Source of the DNA: Escherichia phage KarlGJung
DNA length: 64,000 nt
Strand: one strand, 5' to 3'
Sequence record: MZ501089
This document shows, piece after piece, positions 28,146 to 36,392 of this stretch (its first letter is position 1; the number at the start of each line of letters is the position of its first letter). A program made the translations under genes and the position numbers. The notes beneath the pieces are model-generated. The model ran no database searches. It was not told the DNA's origin and worked only from the letters and a program-made list of their open reading frames with translations.

Positions 28146-29170
28146 ATCTTGGCATATTTAGATAGCCTCATTTTAGCCATCAACCCTTGGGCAATATTAT
28201 TTTTCATATATTCCATAATTTGTTCAGGGGTTGCACCTTCCTTTCTAATCATATCATTAACATCTTTTGATTTCCAGGGAGATTTATCCCAAAACATAAC
28301 CCTTTCTCCTGCATCAACTAATTTAGTCATTCGCTTAATTGTATCAGGGTGACGAGGTTCATTATCTAAGACCCACACTCGTCTATCTTTAAATGGAACA
28401 ATTTCTAGGTCTAATTGACCACCCGTAATAGCTATACCATTTTCAATAAAAAGTGAATCTATAGGTCCTTCTAGAACATATACATCGCCATCTTTAACTC
28501 GTTCGACTCCATAGATTTTTGTTGCCTCAGGATAAGCTTTGATGGTGATATATTTTTGAGGAGCATCTTTCTTTAATGCACGTCCTTGAAAAGACTCAGC
28601 TTTTCCATTAGCATTATAAATTGGAATAACAAGACGAGGCTCAGAAATTTCCTTTTTGTATGTTCCCGGTGCTATGCTATTAACTAATTTAGGCCATTCG
28701 GTTGTAAACCAAAGATATTTCCATTTATCCTTTGGAATACAACGAGCTTTTACATATTTTATAATTGGATGGTCTTCCGCCAGTTTATCTAATCTAACGC
28801 ATGACGGAAGAGATTTAATTATTTTCTTCTCAGGTTGTTTAGGAAGTTCTTTAGGTTTTTCTACTGGACGACTTTTACCTTTTTCTTTTCTTATTTCAAA
28901 GATATACTCACGATATAAATCAGGTTCAAACTCCTTTAAATATATTCCGATTGGTGCATGATAGTTACAGTTATAACAATGAATATTTCCTTCATTATTA
29001 TCGCCATAATACCATCCACGAGCTTTATTCTGGTCGGTTTTTGAATCTCCACAAACAGGGCATCTAAACCGTAATTTAAAAGTTGAACTATTATTTACTT
29101 GTGTGAATTTAGGTAAATGAGCTAATGCACGGTATGCAAACTCATTATCAATCCAAGGTATTGATGACAT
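28142..29170 (-). CDS. 61: DNA primase gp61
   Basis: 342 aa MSSIPWIDNEFAYRALAHLPKFTQVNNSSTFKLRFRCPVCGDSKTDQNKARGWYY... (zinc ribbon plus Toprim). Confidence 0.9.
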   Translation of the reverse strand: MSSIPWIDNEFAYRALAHLPKFTQVNNSSTFKLRFRCPVCGDSKTDQNKARGWYYGDNNEGNIHCYNCNYHAPIGIYLKEFEPDLYREYIFEIRKEKGKSRPVEKPKELPKQPEKKIIKSLPSCVRLDKLAEDHPIIKYVKARCIPKDKWKYLWFTTEWPKLVNSIAPGTYKKEISEPRLVIPIYNANGKAESFQGRALKKDAPQKYITIKAYPEATKIYGVERVKDGDVYVLEGPIDSLFIENGIAITGGQLDLEIVPFKDRRVWVLDNEPRHPDTIKRMTKLVDAGERVMFWDKSPWKSKDVNDMIRKEGATPEQIMEYMKNNIAQGLMAKMRLSKYAKI

Positions 29171-29172
29171 TT

Positions 29173-29337
29173 TTACTCTTCTTTTTCTTTAGATTCCTCT
29201 TTTTTCTTTTTAGGAATCTGTTCAGGACCTTTATTTACTACAGCGCCTGATGTTGTTCCAGTAGAGATATTTTCAGGATTACCACCTGAATCTCCAGCGA
29301 CCATATCTTCTTTGATAAATTCTTTATATGTTTTCAT
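29173..29337 (-). CDS. Hypothetical 54 aa protein with Lys/Glu-rich tail (61.1 position; below track cutoff)
   Basis: Hand-translated MKTYKEFIKEDMVAGDSGGNPENISTGTTSGAVVNKGPEQIPKKKKEESKEKEE. Confidence 0.35.
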   Translation of the reverse strand: MKTYKEFIKEDMVAGDSGGNPENISTGTTSGAVVNKGPEQIPKKKKEESKEKEE

Positions 29338-29338
29338 A

Positions 29339-29695
29339 TTAACCTCTATTCATAAAAGCATTAAAAATTTGGTCATCAATAGATGGTGCAGTAATATTTT
29401 CTGCATCATTTAGCAAATCATTAATTTCATCAGATAGCATAACACATGTACCTTTATTTCCTGTAATTGTTACTGCGCAATTACGAACGTTTTCTTTATT
29501 AAATTTTAGGTTAATATTTTCGTAATGAAAATCCTTTAATGCCGAATATATCTTTAAAATGAAATTGTCTTTTACTACAATAAACCCAACCTCACTATTA
29601 AAACGTGGTTCATGGAAACTGTAATAAACCTTTTCATCTATAAAATCGTATGAAATTTTTTCCATTTTTAAATATGAAAATTCAGAACTATACAT
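29339..29695 (-). CDS. Hypothetical protein, 118 aa
   Basis: Track ORF. Confidence 0.45.
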   Translation of the reverse strand: MYSSEFSYLKMEKISYDFIDEKVYYSFHEPRFNSEVGFIVVKDNFILKIYSALKDFHYENINLKFNKENVRNCAVTITGNKGTCVMLSDEINDLLNDAENITAPSIDDQIFNAFMNRG

Positions 29696-29707
29696 ACTAA
29701 CCTCTAA

Positions 29708-30001
29708 TTACTCACCTACCACTTCAGCGATGATATTTTTGTTATTAAAGTTTTTATCGCAATACAGAACATAATTATACTGCATTACACCACCAGACTT
29801 AAGCTGTTTTTGCACTTCGGCTTTCATTTCAGGACGATCGCGCTCAACGATATTCATAATATCTGCTTCAATTTGAGTTTCAACCTCAGTCTGATCCGCA
29901 GTCATAGACCATTCGCACAAATCTTTATCATAGCCTGCCATAGCAGGCTGAGCAGCACAAGAAGATAAAGCAAAAATTGTAGCAAAGATAAATTTTTTCA
30001 T
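29708..30001 (-). CDS. sp: Spackle-like periplasmic protein
   Basis: 97 aa with signal peptide MKKFIFATIFALSSCAAQPAMA; position 61.3; size as T4 Sp. Confidence 0.6.
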   Translation of the reverse strand: MKKFIFATIFALSSCAAQPAMAGYDKDLCEWSMTADQTEVETQIEADIMNIVERDRPEMKAEVQKQLKSGGVMQYNYVLYCDKNFNNKNIIAEVVGE

Positions 30002-30059
30002 GATAATCTCCTCAGTAGTTTATGTTTATAGTATCTCAATTTCCAACAAAAGTAAACAG

Positions 30060-30317
30060 TTATTTTAAAACTTCTGCATAATCACATGTTACAAACTGTT
30101 TCTCTAGCTTAACGATCTTACGAAAATACCTTTTACACTGACGAATCTGCCGCTTCGTAGGACGTACAGCAAACTTAATAAATTCCACTCGACCAGATGG
30201 AGGACTTTCTTCTGGTGGAATATCTAATACCAATTCCCACGTATCTGCAATAAGTGCTTTGAATTGTGTATTTTTCCTGACGTTATACGGAGTAGGTTTA
30301 AATAAAACAATATGCAT
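30060..30317 (-). CDS. Hypothetical protein, 85 aa (61.4 position)
   Basis: Track ORF. Confidence 0.45.
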   Translation of the reverse strand: MHIVLFKPTPYNVRKNTQFKALIADTWELVLDIPPEESPPSGRVEFIKFAVRPTKRQIRQCKRYFRKIVKLEKQFVTCDYAEVLK

Positions 30318-30318
30318 A

Positions 30319-30501
30319 TTATCCTCGGCAATCTACTTCACACACTTTCTTGTCATCAATGAAAGCTTTAACTAATGCTTTATTAACTTCAGCATACTGA
30401 GTAGTAGCCCATTGAACGTCATCTTTCATCATTGTGGTTTCTTTAGTAAACATGCTTTCATTCTTAAACCACCCCATAAAAACTACCTTTAGCAATTCCA
30501 T
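30319..30501 (-). CDS. dmd: Dmd-like antitoxin (inhibitor of host RnlA/LsoA toxins in T4)
   Basis: 60 aa MELLKVVFMGWFKNESMFTKETTMMKDDVQWATTQYAEVNKALVKAFIDDKKVCEVDCRG; position 61.5 next to gene 41. Confidence 0.6.
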   Translation of the reverse strand: MELLKVVFMGWFKNESMFTKETTMMKDDVQWATTQYAEVNKALVKAFIDDKKVCEVDCRG

Positions 30502-30530
30502 AACAATCTCCTCATTTAACCAACAAGACT

Positions 30531-30560
30531 ACTATACCATAGTCTTGTCAGCTTGTAAAC
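30531..30560 (-). promoter_or_regulatory. Early promoter (GTTTAC-N18-TATAGT), -35 overlapping the gene 41 stop
   Basis: gtaaac 30555-30560, actata 30531-30536. Confidence 0.5.
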
Positions 30561-31987
30561 TAAAATTTTAATTCATTTGCCAAAGCATCTAACTGAGCTC
30601 GAGTCGATTCGTTTCTTTGATAGCGATTCTGCTCAGCTTGTATCTGTTGTGAACCTGCTACCTCACTCACTTCAGTTGGAGTAGAATCTTGTTCAATTTC
30701 TACCCATTTCTGATTTCCTTTTTGAACACCCATCAAAAACTTATTCCATTTGTTCTTATCGCCATATCGTGATTTGATTTGCTTAATGAGTTGTTGTTCA
30801 GCAGCTGCTAGCTCCTCGGTTTCAATGACCGCAAGCATAAAATCAGCTGTTGCTGGAAGACCGGCAGATTCTGCAATATCGCTCATGTTAACATCAGAAG
30901 AATCCCAAGCTTGTTTACCAACCTGTGCTGCAGTCCAAAGAACAGTTTCGGTTTCAACAGCAAGAGCACGTAATTCCTCTGCAATGGCTTTAACAGTTGT
31001 GTAACTATTTTCTGAGTAAACTCTAATGCGGCAAGATTTACAAATACCCAGATAGTCGACAATAATGATTGTTGGAACAAAATTCTTCTTGAGCTTTAAT
31101 TCGTTTAAAAGCGATCGAAATGTATTAGCATCTGCTCCACCAGTAGGATACTGTTTAACTATTAAACGACCGAGAGTAGATTTCTCGCGCCATTTTTCCA
31201 TTTTTCCTTTATACTCAGCGTAAGAAATATGCCCGTCATCAATGTCATCAAGAGAAACATCAAGCATATTAGCATCAATACGCTTAGCACAGACTTCTTC
31301 TGCCATTTCCATGGAAATGTAAAGAACATTATGTCCGAGCTGCAAATAATCTGCTGCCAATGAACACAGACCTAATGACTTACCGACGTTAACACCAGCC
31401 ATTAAAACGTTCAGTGTTCCAGTTTCAGCTCCACCTTTAGTAATTTTATTTAGAATTTTGAGTCTAAATGGAACCTTACGAGCTTTATTCATATAAGATA
31501 GCCAACGTGCTTCGTAGTCATCCATCCAATCATGACCAACGTAACTATCAAATGAAATTGATAATGCTTGGCGCATGATGTCAGGAATAGCACCTACATC
31601 TGGCATTTTCTTATTTCGTTTTTCCGGAGGAAGCTCAGCATTAGTTTGAATTTCAATTATTTTAGACGTAGCATTAAACATCGCCCTTTGCTGAACATAT
31701 TTTTCTGTTTCTTTTACTAACCAGCTATGGTCTTCTGGAGAATCGGCTAGTTTCGAAATAAGTGTTTTTACACCAGAATATTCTGTTTCAGTAAATGAAC
31801 TATTTTCTAATGCAACATTTAACGCATTAATAGATGGAACGCTATGGTACTCATTAACATGAGATTTAATTAATTTGAACGTATTTTTAGCTGGACCACT
31901 TTCAAAATATTCTGAATCCATATATGGCCAAACTTTTGAAAAATAAGCTTGATCAAATATGAGATGAGAAAGAATAATTTCTACCAC
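30560..31987 (-). CDS. 41: Replicative DNA helicase gp41 (DnaB-like)
   Basis: 475 aa MVEIILSHLIFDQAYFSKVWPYMDSEYFESGPAKNTFKLIK...; Walker A GVNVGKS; apparent GTG start. Confidence 0.9.
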   Translation of the reverse strand: MVEIILSHLIFDQAYFSKVWPYMDSEYFESGPAKNTFKLIKSHVNEYHSVPSINALNVALENSSFTETEYSGVKTLISKLADSPEDHSWLVKETEKYVQQRAMFNATSKIIEIQTNAELPPEKRNKKMPDVGAIPDIMRQALSISFDSYVGHDWMDDYEARWLSYMNKARKVPFRLKILNKITKGGAETGTLNVLMAGVNVGKSLGLCSLAADYLQLGHNVLYISMEMAEEVCAKRIDANMLDVSLDDIDDGHISYAEYKGKMEKWREKSTLGRLIVKQYPTGGADANTFRSLLNELKLKKNFVPTIIIVDYLGICKSCRIRVYSENSYTTVKAIAEELRALAVETETVLWTAAQVGKQAWDSSDVNMSDIAESAGLPATADFMLAVIETEELAAAEQQLIKQIKSRYGDKNKWNKFLMGVQKGNQKWVEIEQDSTPTEVSEVAGSQQIQAEQNRYQRNESTRAQLDALANELKF

Positions 31988-31996
31988 ACTTACTCC

Positions 31997-32341
31997 TTAA
32001 AAGAATTTAAATTTTTTCTTTGACCTTTTATTAAATGCATCTTGTAGTTGCATTGTAATACATTTTTCTACATGAGGAGCTAACTCAGCTTTTCTTTCTT
32101 GGTCAAGAACAGCAAAGTCCATTACGACTTTTCCATCAACCCAATCTAATTTTGTCACATACACAATGTGTGTAGAACCGTCTTCTAGTTTAATGACAAT
32201 CTCCTGGATAACATTTTCCATGGCAGATTTAATTATCTTAAGAGATTCATTAAAAAGACGTTCTTTTCTTTCTTCTTCCCCCTCCGAAGAGGGGGATTCA
32301 TCGATAATTTCTAGATCTAAATCTAAATCATCTTTATTCAT
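31997..32341 (-). CDS. 40: gp40 (head-assembly-associated protein)
   Basis: Track ORF 31997..32359 (GTG) trimmed to ATG overlapping the uvsX stop; 114 aa MNKDDLDLDLEIIDESPSS... Confidence 0.55.
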   Translation of the reverse strand: MNKDDLDLDLEIIDESPSSEGEEERKERLFNESLKIIKSAMENVIQEIVIKLEDGSTHIVYVTKLDWVDGKVVMDFAVLDQERKAELAPHVEKCITMQLQDAFNKRSKKKFKFF

Positions 32342-33515
32342 TAAATTCTTCCATATCACTTAGCTGATCTAGGTCAGTTTCTAAATCAGCAGCTGATTTA
32401 CTTTTACTTTCTGGAGATTTAAATTTTTCAACCTTTGAGTTAATCAATTCATCAACTTCAGCTTCAACAATTTCATTACTATCAATAGCACCTAACTGAT
32501 AAGCACGTTTAATAGCATCTCGGAATGGTTGATGCTTAAATAAAGGACCCCAGAATGTAGTGCAGTTGGTATCTTTTGCACGCCAAGATTTTTCTTCGCG
32601 AATCATCTCACCGGTTTCTTCATCAAGAAATTCACGGGCATACCAGCCATTTTTAGGTTTTACTACAAATCCTAATTCTAGAGCCATATCTAACAATCCA
32701 GAATAAGGATCGATACCACCGTCAAATTTAACATCAATAAAGAATTTACTTTTTTCTTTAACGGTACGAGATTTTTCTACATTTAGAACAAATTGATACC
32801 CCTGAAGATCAGAACCATCTTTAATTTGACGTTTACCGATAATGAATACAGTATCAGCCGAATACATTACGCCTGTACCGCCTGTCATCACGGTTTTACT
32901 AAACATTTCAATTGTTTCAATTGTATGGTTAACCGCAACGCACGGAATATTTTTAATGCTAAAGTAAGGAGTAACAATACGGAATAATGACTTCAGTGAT
33001 TTAGCACGAGTCATATCTGCCACAGATTTTTCATTCAAGGCATCTTCCGTTTCTTTCTTAGAAGCCATATTACCAATTGAGTCGATGAATACTATAACCT
33101 TTTCACCACGCTCAATAGCTTCAAGCTGATTCACCATATCAATTTTCAGCTGTTCAACTGATTGAATTGGCGTATGAATTACACGTTCCGGGTCAACTCC
33201 CATGGATCGCAAATAAGCTGGAGTAATACCAAATTCGCTATCATAGAATAGACAAACCGCGTCAGGATATTTGTTCAAATATGCCGCAACCATAGTCAAA
33301 GACATATTTGATTTAAAGTGTTTAGAAGGCCCTGCGAAAATAGTTAAACCAGACTGCATACCGCCATCAATCGCACCAGAAATAGCAATATTAAGCATTG
33401 GAATTTTTGTACGAATTACATCCTTTTCATTAAAGAATTTAGATGTAGTCAGTTCAGCAGTCATTTTAGAAGTGGAAGCTTTAATCAAACGGGATTTTAA
33501 ATCTGCAATAGACAT
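32334..33515 (-). CDS. uvsX: UvsX recombinase (RecA-like)
   Basis: 393 aa MSIADLKSRLIKASTSKMTAELTTSKFFNEKDVIRTKIPMLNIAISGAIDGG...; Walker A GPSKHFKS. Confidence 0.9.
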   Translation of the reverse strand: MSIADLKSRLIKASTSKMTAELTTSKFFNEKDVIRTKIPMLNIAISGAIDGGMQSGLTIFAGPSKHFKSNMSLTMVAAYLNKYPDAVCLFYDSEFGITPAYLRSMGVDPERVIHTPIQSVEQLKIDMVNQLEAIERGEKVIVFIDSIGNMASKKETEDALNEKSVADMTRAKSLKSLFRIVTPYFSIKNIPCVAVNHTIETIEMFSKTVMTGGTGVMYSADTVFIIGKRQIKDGSDLQGYQFVLNVEKSRTVKEKSKFFIDVKFDGGIDPYSGLLDMALELGFVVKPKNGWYAREFLDEETGEMIREEKSWRAKDTNCTTFWGPLFKHQPFRDAIKRAYQLGAIDSNEIVEAEVDELINSKVEKFKSPESKSKSAADLETDLDQLSDMEEFNE

Positions 33516-33592
33516 TCATTTTTTCCATAGGCATCATTATATTTTCCTCACTGGTTAAAGATAGAGTAATTATAACACAATAAATTTAGGCA

Positions 33593-34435
33593 TTAATCAA
33601 CTGCTATTGGATGAATAGCATTAAACTTATGAAATGCTTCTGATTTTTCTTTGCGCGAAACACACATGCGAAGAACCTTTAATGGCTCGTCTTCTTCACC
33701 CAACGATTTTCGTTTTTCGATATTAGAAGTTTTCCAACGAGCTTGCTCTGGAAACTCTCTATTGATTTGCTCAAGCGCTCTATTATGTTTAGAATTACTA
33801 CGAATTGAACTGCACCCGCCAGGAGCTTGTGCTTTTCCAGATACAACCAGATATTTGAACAAGGCCAAATGCGGATAACCTTGATTAATTAAATTGAGAA
33901 ATGCATACATATCTTCGCATAAATCAATTTTTCCATACCCAATTTGTTCTGTCGTAAGTTTTCCAAGGTCATACCATGTATTCGTGAATCCATATGAATT
34001 TTCACGATAATTACCCCAAGATGAAGTAATTTTAAAAATTGGTAGGCGAGCATGACCGTGATAATACCCACAATCCATGGCATCTTCGACGTATTGAATC
34101 AATTCATAGAACTGTTCACGAGTCAATTGATTGACTTTATCCACACAACGACGATCATCTCTTTTTCGCATTGAACTCATACGAATAGTAGTATCATCGT
34201 CAATCATCCAGATTCGTTGACCTGCATACATATCAGTAATTGCTTTACGAGTACCGGCAATTCCGTTTACATCATCAGGAATAGTTATAATTTTAGCTCT
34301 AGACCCATAGGCATCATAATAAGCTTTTTCTTCATGTTCACGCACTACAATATGGGGTTCATAATCAGTCGGAAACATATCAAGGGCAGAAACTGCCCCG
34401 ACACGCTGATAACTTGGAATTACGAATTGAATCAT
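33593..34435 (-). CDS. GT-A-fold glycosyltransferase in the beta-gt locus (candidate hmC-DNA sugar transferase)
   Basis: Track ORF 33593..34441 (GTG) trimmed to ATG overlapping the gp42 stop (ATGA); VIPSYQR N-terminal motif and IWMIDDDTTIR DxD motif; 280 aa. Confidence 0.55.
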   Translation of the reverse strand: MIQFVIPSYQRVGAVSALDMFPTDYEPHIVVREHEEKAYYDAYGSRAKIITIPDDVNGIAGTRKAITDMYAGQRIWMIDDDTTIRMSSMRKRDDRRCVDKVNQLTREQFYELIQYVEDAMDCGYYHGHARLPIFKITSSWGNYRENSYGFTNTWYDLGKLTTEQIGYGKIDLCEDMYAFLNLINQGYPHLALFKYLVVSGKAQAPGGCSSIRSNSKHNRALEQINREFPEQARWKTSNIEKRKSLGEEDEPLKVLRMCVSRKEKSEAFHKFNAIHPIAVD

Positions 34436-35172
34436 TTCCACTCACCTTTATAGTCTTTTTTCACAATATGAGTTTCGCCAGTATTCCACCAATGATCAAC
34501 CAAGTAAAAATGACGAGAATATACATGAAGACTTCCAACATTCCATATAATAGAACCTGCTTTATACTGACGAGTTGAATCGCCTGCATTCAAATCAGAT
34601 ACTAATTTATCTAATACGTATTTTTGCCATGCATAATCATTACGGAATCCGAAGACCACGTCATTTGAGCGCATGCTTACTACTGCATTGACTTTCTTAT
34701 CACGAATCAGGTACTGTACTGTATTAGTACACATGAAATCTGACATACCATCTTTATTGTAGTCAAATTGCATGGATGGACGAGTATAAATCATGATACC
34801 ACGTCGAGAATCAGGATTTTGACCAAGTTCAGCTAAACACATATCATACTGGGCATAGTTATCTTCTGACCAGATAGCCCAGCCATAATTCGAGTTAATT
34901 TCACCTTTAGAAGATGCTACTTGTTGCCAAATCTTCGGTGTTTCACCCGGAATATCTTTAACGAACAAGCTCTTAGATTTATACCATTCAAGTTCACGCT
35001 GAATGTATTCATCATTAAGAGCGCCAAAAATAAACGGTTCATCTGCTATAAATGATGCGCCAATAATTTCAATAGTTTTAACGCCAGTTTTATCAACTAC
35101 GAAATCTTTTTCTTTTAATGCAAGCCCCAAATAAAGACGGATTTCTTCAACTGTCATAGAGTCACTAATCAT
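34432..35172 (-). CDS. 42: dCMP hydroxymethylase gp42
   Basis: 246 aa MISDSMTVEEIRLYLGLALKEKDFVVDKTGVKTIEIIGASF... Confidence 0.9.
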   Translation of the reverse strand: MISDSMTVEEIRLYLGLALKEKDFVVDKTGVKTIEIIGASFIADEPFIFGALNDEYIQRELEWYKSKSLFVKDIPGETPKIWQQVASSKGEINSNYGWAIWSEDNYAQYDMCLAELGQNPDSRRGIMIYTRPSMQFDYNKDGMSDFMCTNTVQYLIRDKKVNAVVSMRSNDVVFGFRNDYAWQKYVLDKLVSDLNAGDSTRQYKAGSIIWNVGSLHVYSRHFYLVDHWWNTGETHIVKKDYKGEWK

Positions 35173-35325
35173 TTAAACCTCAATTGATACATTCATATTT
35201 AACTTGTAACAGTAATAAACCCCAGCCTAAAATAATAGTTGGAATCATAAGAGGAACCGTTACACTATAGTATATACTTATTATAATCATCAAGATTAAA
35301 AGCAACACTGCTATAATTTTGCTTT

Positions 35326-35577
35326 TCATTCCTTCTCTCTGATGATAATTACCTGATTTGGTTGTGCAGACTTTTTAGTTTCACCCGCAATTGACCAAAT
35401 AAATGTAATAAACCAACCAATAATTGACCAGTTAAACAGTAAAGATGTGAAAAAGATTCCTATTGTCGATTTTGACCCACGCATCAAGGCGATAAACCAT
35501 GGAAGCATGTATATAATAATAGCCAACACACCTGAAACTAAAACCATAAAAATTGAACCTGCTACTAAAGTTTCCAT
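35326..35577 (-). CDS. imm: Superinfection immunity protein Imm
   Basis: 83 aa two-TM protein METLVAGSIFMVLVSGVLAIIIYMLPWFIALMRGSKSTIGIFFTSLLFNWSIIGWF... Confidence 0.8.
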   Translation of the reverse strand: METLVAGSIFMVLVSGVLAIIIYMLPWFIALMRGSKSTIGIFFTSLLFNWSIIGWFITFIWSIAGETKKSAQPNQVIIIREKE

Positions 35578-35584
35578 GTTTTCC

Positions 35585-35965
35585 TCACTTAGTCAAATTT
35601 TTTACACATGAATTATAAGAATTCACTACATACTCCATCGGAGCATTTTTACCGGTACGCCATTGGTAATTATTAGCCCAATTAGCCCAAATTTCGGCGC
35701 AGTAGTTTTCAATTTTTTCTTCGCGTGTAATTACATCAGAATTACGATATGCTTGAGCAGATTCATCTGGACGAATAGCTTCGTCAAAATTCGCCTGCAT
35801 TTGTTCTACTGTCTGTTTTGGAGCTTCTTTATAACACTTGACATTAGGATTATAAAATTTGCTTGAACAATTTACAATTTTTCCTACATCAGACTGATTT
35901 ACTACCGGTCCTTGAGCTACACAACCAGTAAGACCTAATGCAATAACCAAAATAGCGATTTTCAT
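35585..35965 (-). CDS. Putative lipoprotein, 126 aa (imm.1 position)
   Basis: Signal peptide/lipobox MKIAILVIALGLTGC. Confidence 0.5.
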   Translation of the reverse strand: MKIAILVIALGLTGCVAQGPVVNQSDVGKIVNCSSKFYNPNVKCYKEAPKQTVEQMQANFDEAIRPDESAQAYRNSDVITREEKIENYCAEIWANWANNYQWRTGKNAPMEYVVNSYNSCVKNLTK

Positions 35966-35975
35966 AATAATTTCC

Positions 35976-36212
35976 TCAAATGCAAGTAGTAATTACTCCA
36001 GTAGTGCTTATGCAGGTATTACCCATTTGCACACCTAAAGATCCATTTGTATTCACATGAAGATTATCATCAATTTTAACTGATATTTTACCATTAGTGT
36101 GAATAACGGTGCTAGATTCAATCACAGGTTGAGTATCATTTTCAACACTAACAAATGGAACTGCTGCTAATGCAACTAAACAAACTGCTAAGCATCCCAT
36201 AACAATTTTCAT
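35976..36212 (-). CDS. Small secreted/membrane protein, about 78 aa
   Basis: Track ORF 35976..36224 (TTG) trimmed to ATG; signal-like MKIVMGCLAVCLVALAAVPFVSV. Confidence 0.4.
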   Translation of the reverse strand: MKIVMGCLAVCLVALAAVPFVSVENDTQPVIESSTVIHTNGKISVKIDDNLHVNTNGSLGVQMGNTCISTTGVITTCI

Positions 36213-36246
36213 TTTATTCTCCAAATCCGTATTAGTTGATAGTTGT

Positions 36247-36276
36247 ATAGTACCATGGAAGAACAGTCTTGTAAAC
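36247..36276 (-). promoter_or_regulatory. Early promoter (GTTTAC-N18-TACTAT)
   Basis: gtaaac 36271-36276, atagta 36247-36252. Confidence 0.55.
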
Positions 36277-36362
36277 AGTTTTGTGAAAATTTTTTAGGGA
36301 ATTCTAAAGGTCCAGAATCATCTGTTTTTCATAAGTATAGATTTATATTACTTGTATGAAAA

Positions 36363-36380
36363 AGGGACCCGGAGGTCCCT
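36363..36380 (-). terminator. Hairpin/terminator downstream of gene 43
   Basis: agggacc-cgga-ggtccct; mRNA continues ttttcat. Confidence 0.55.
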
Positions 36381-36392
36381 AGATTTATTCTA

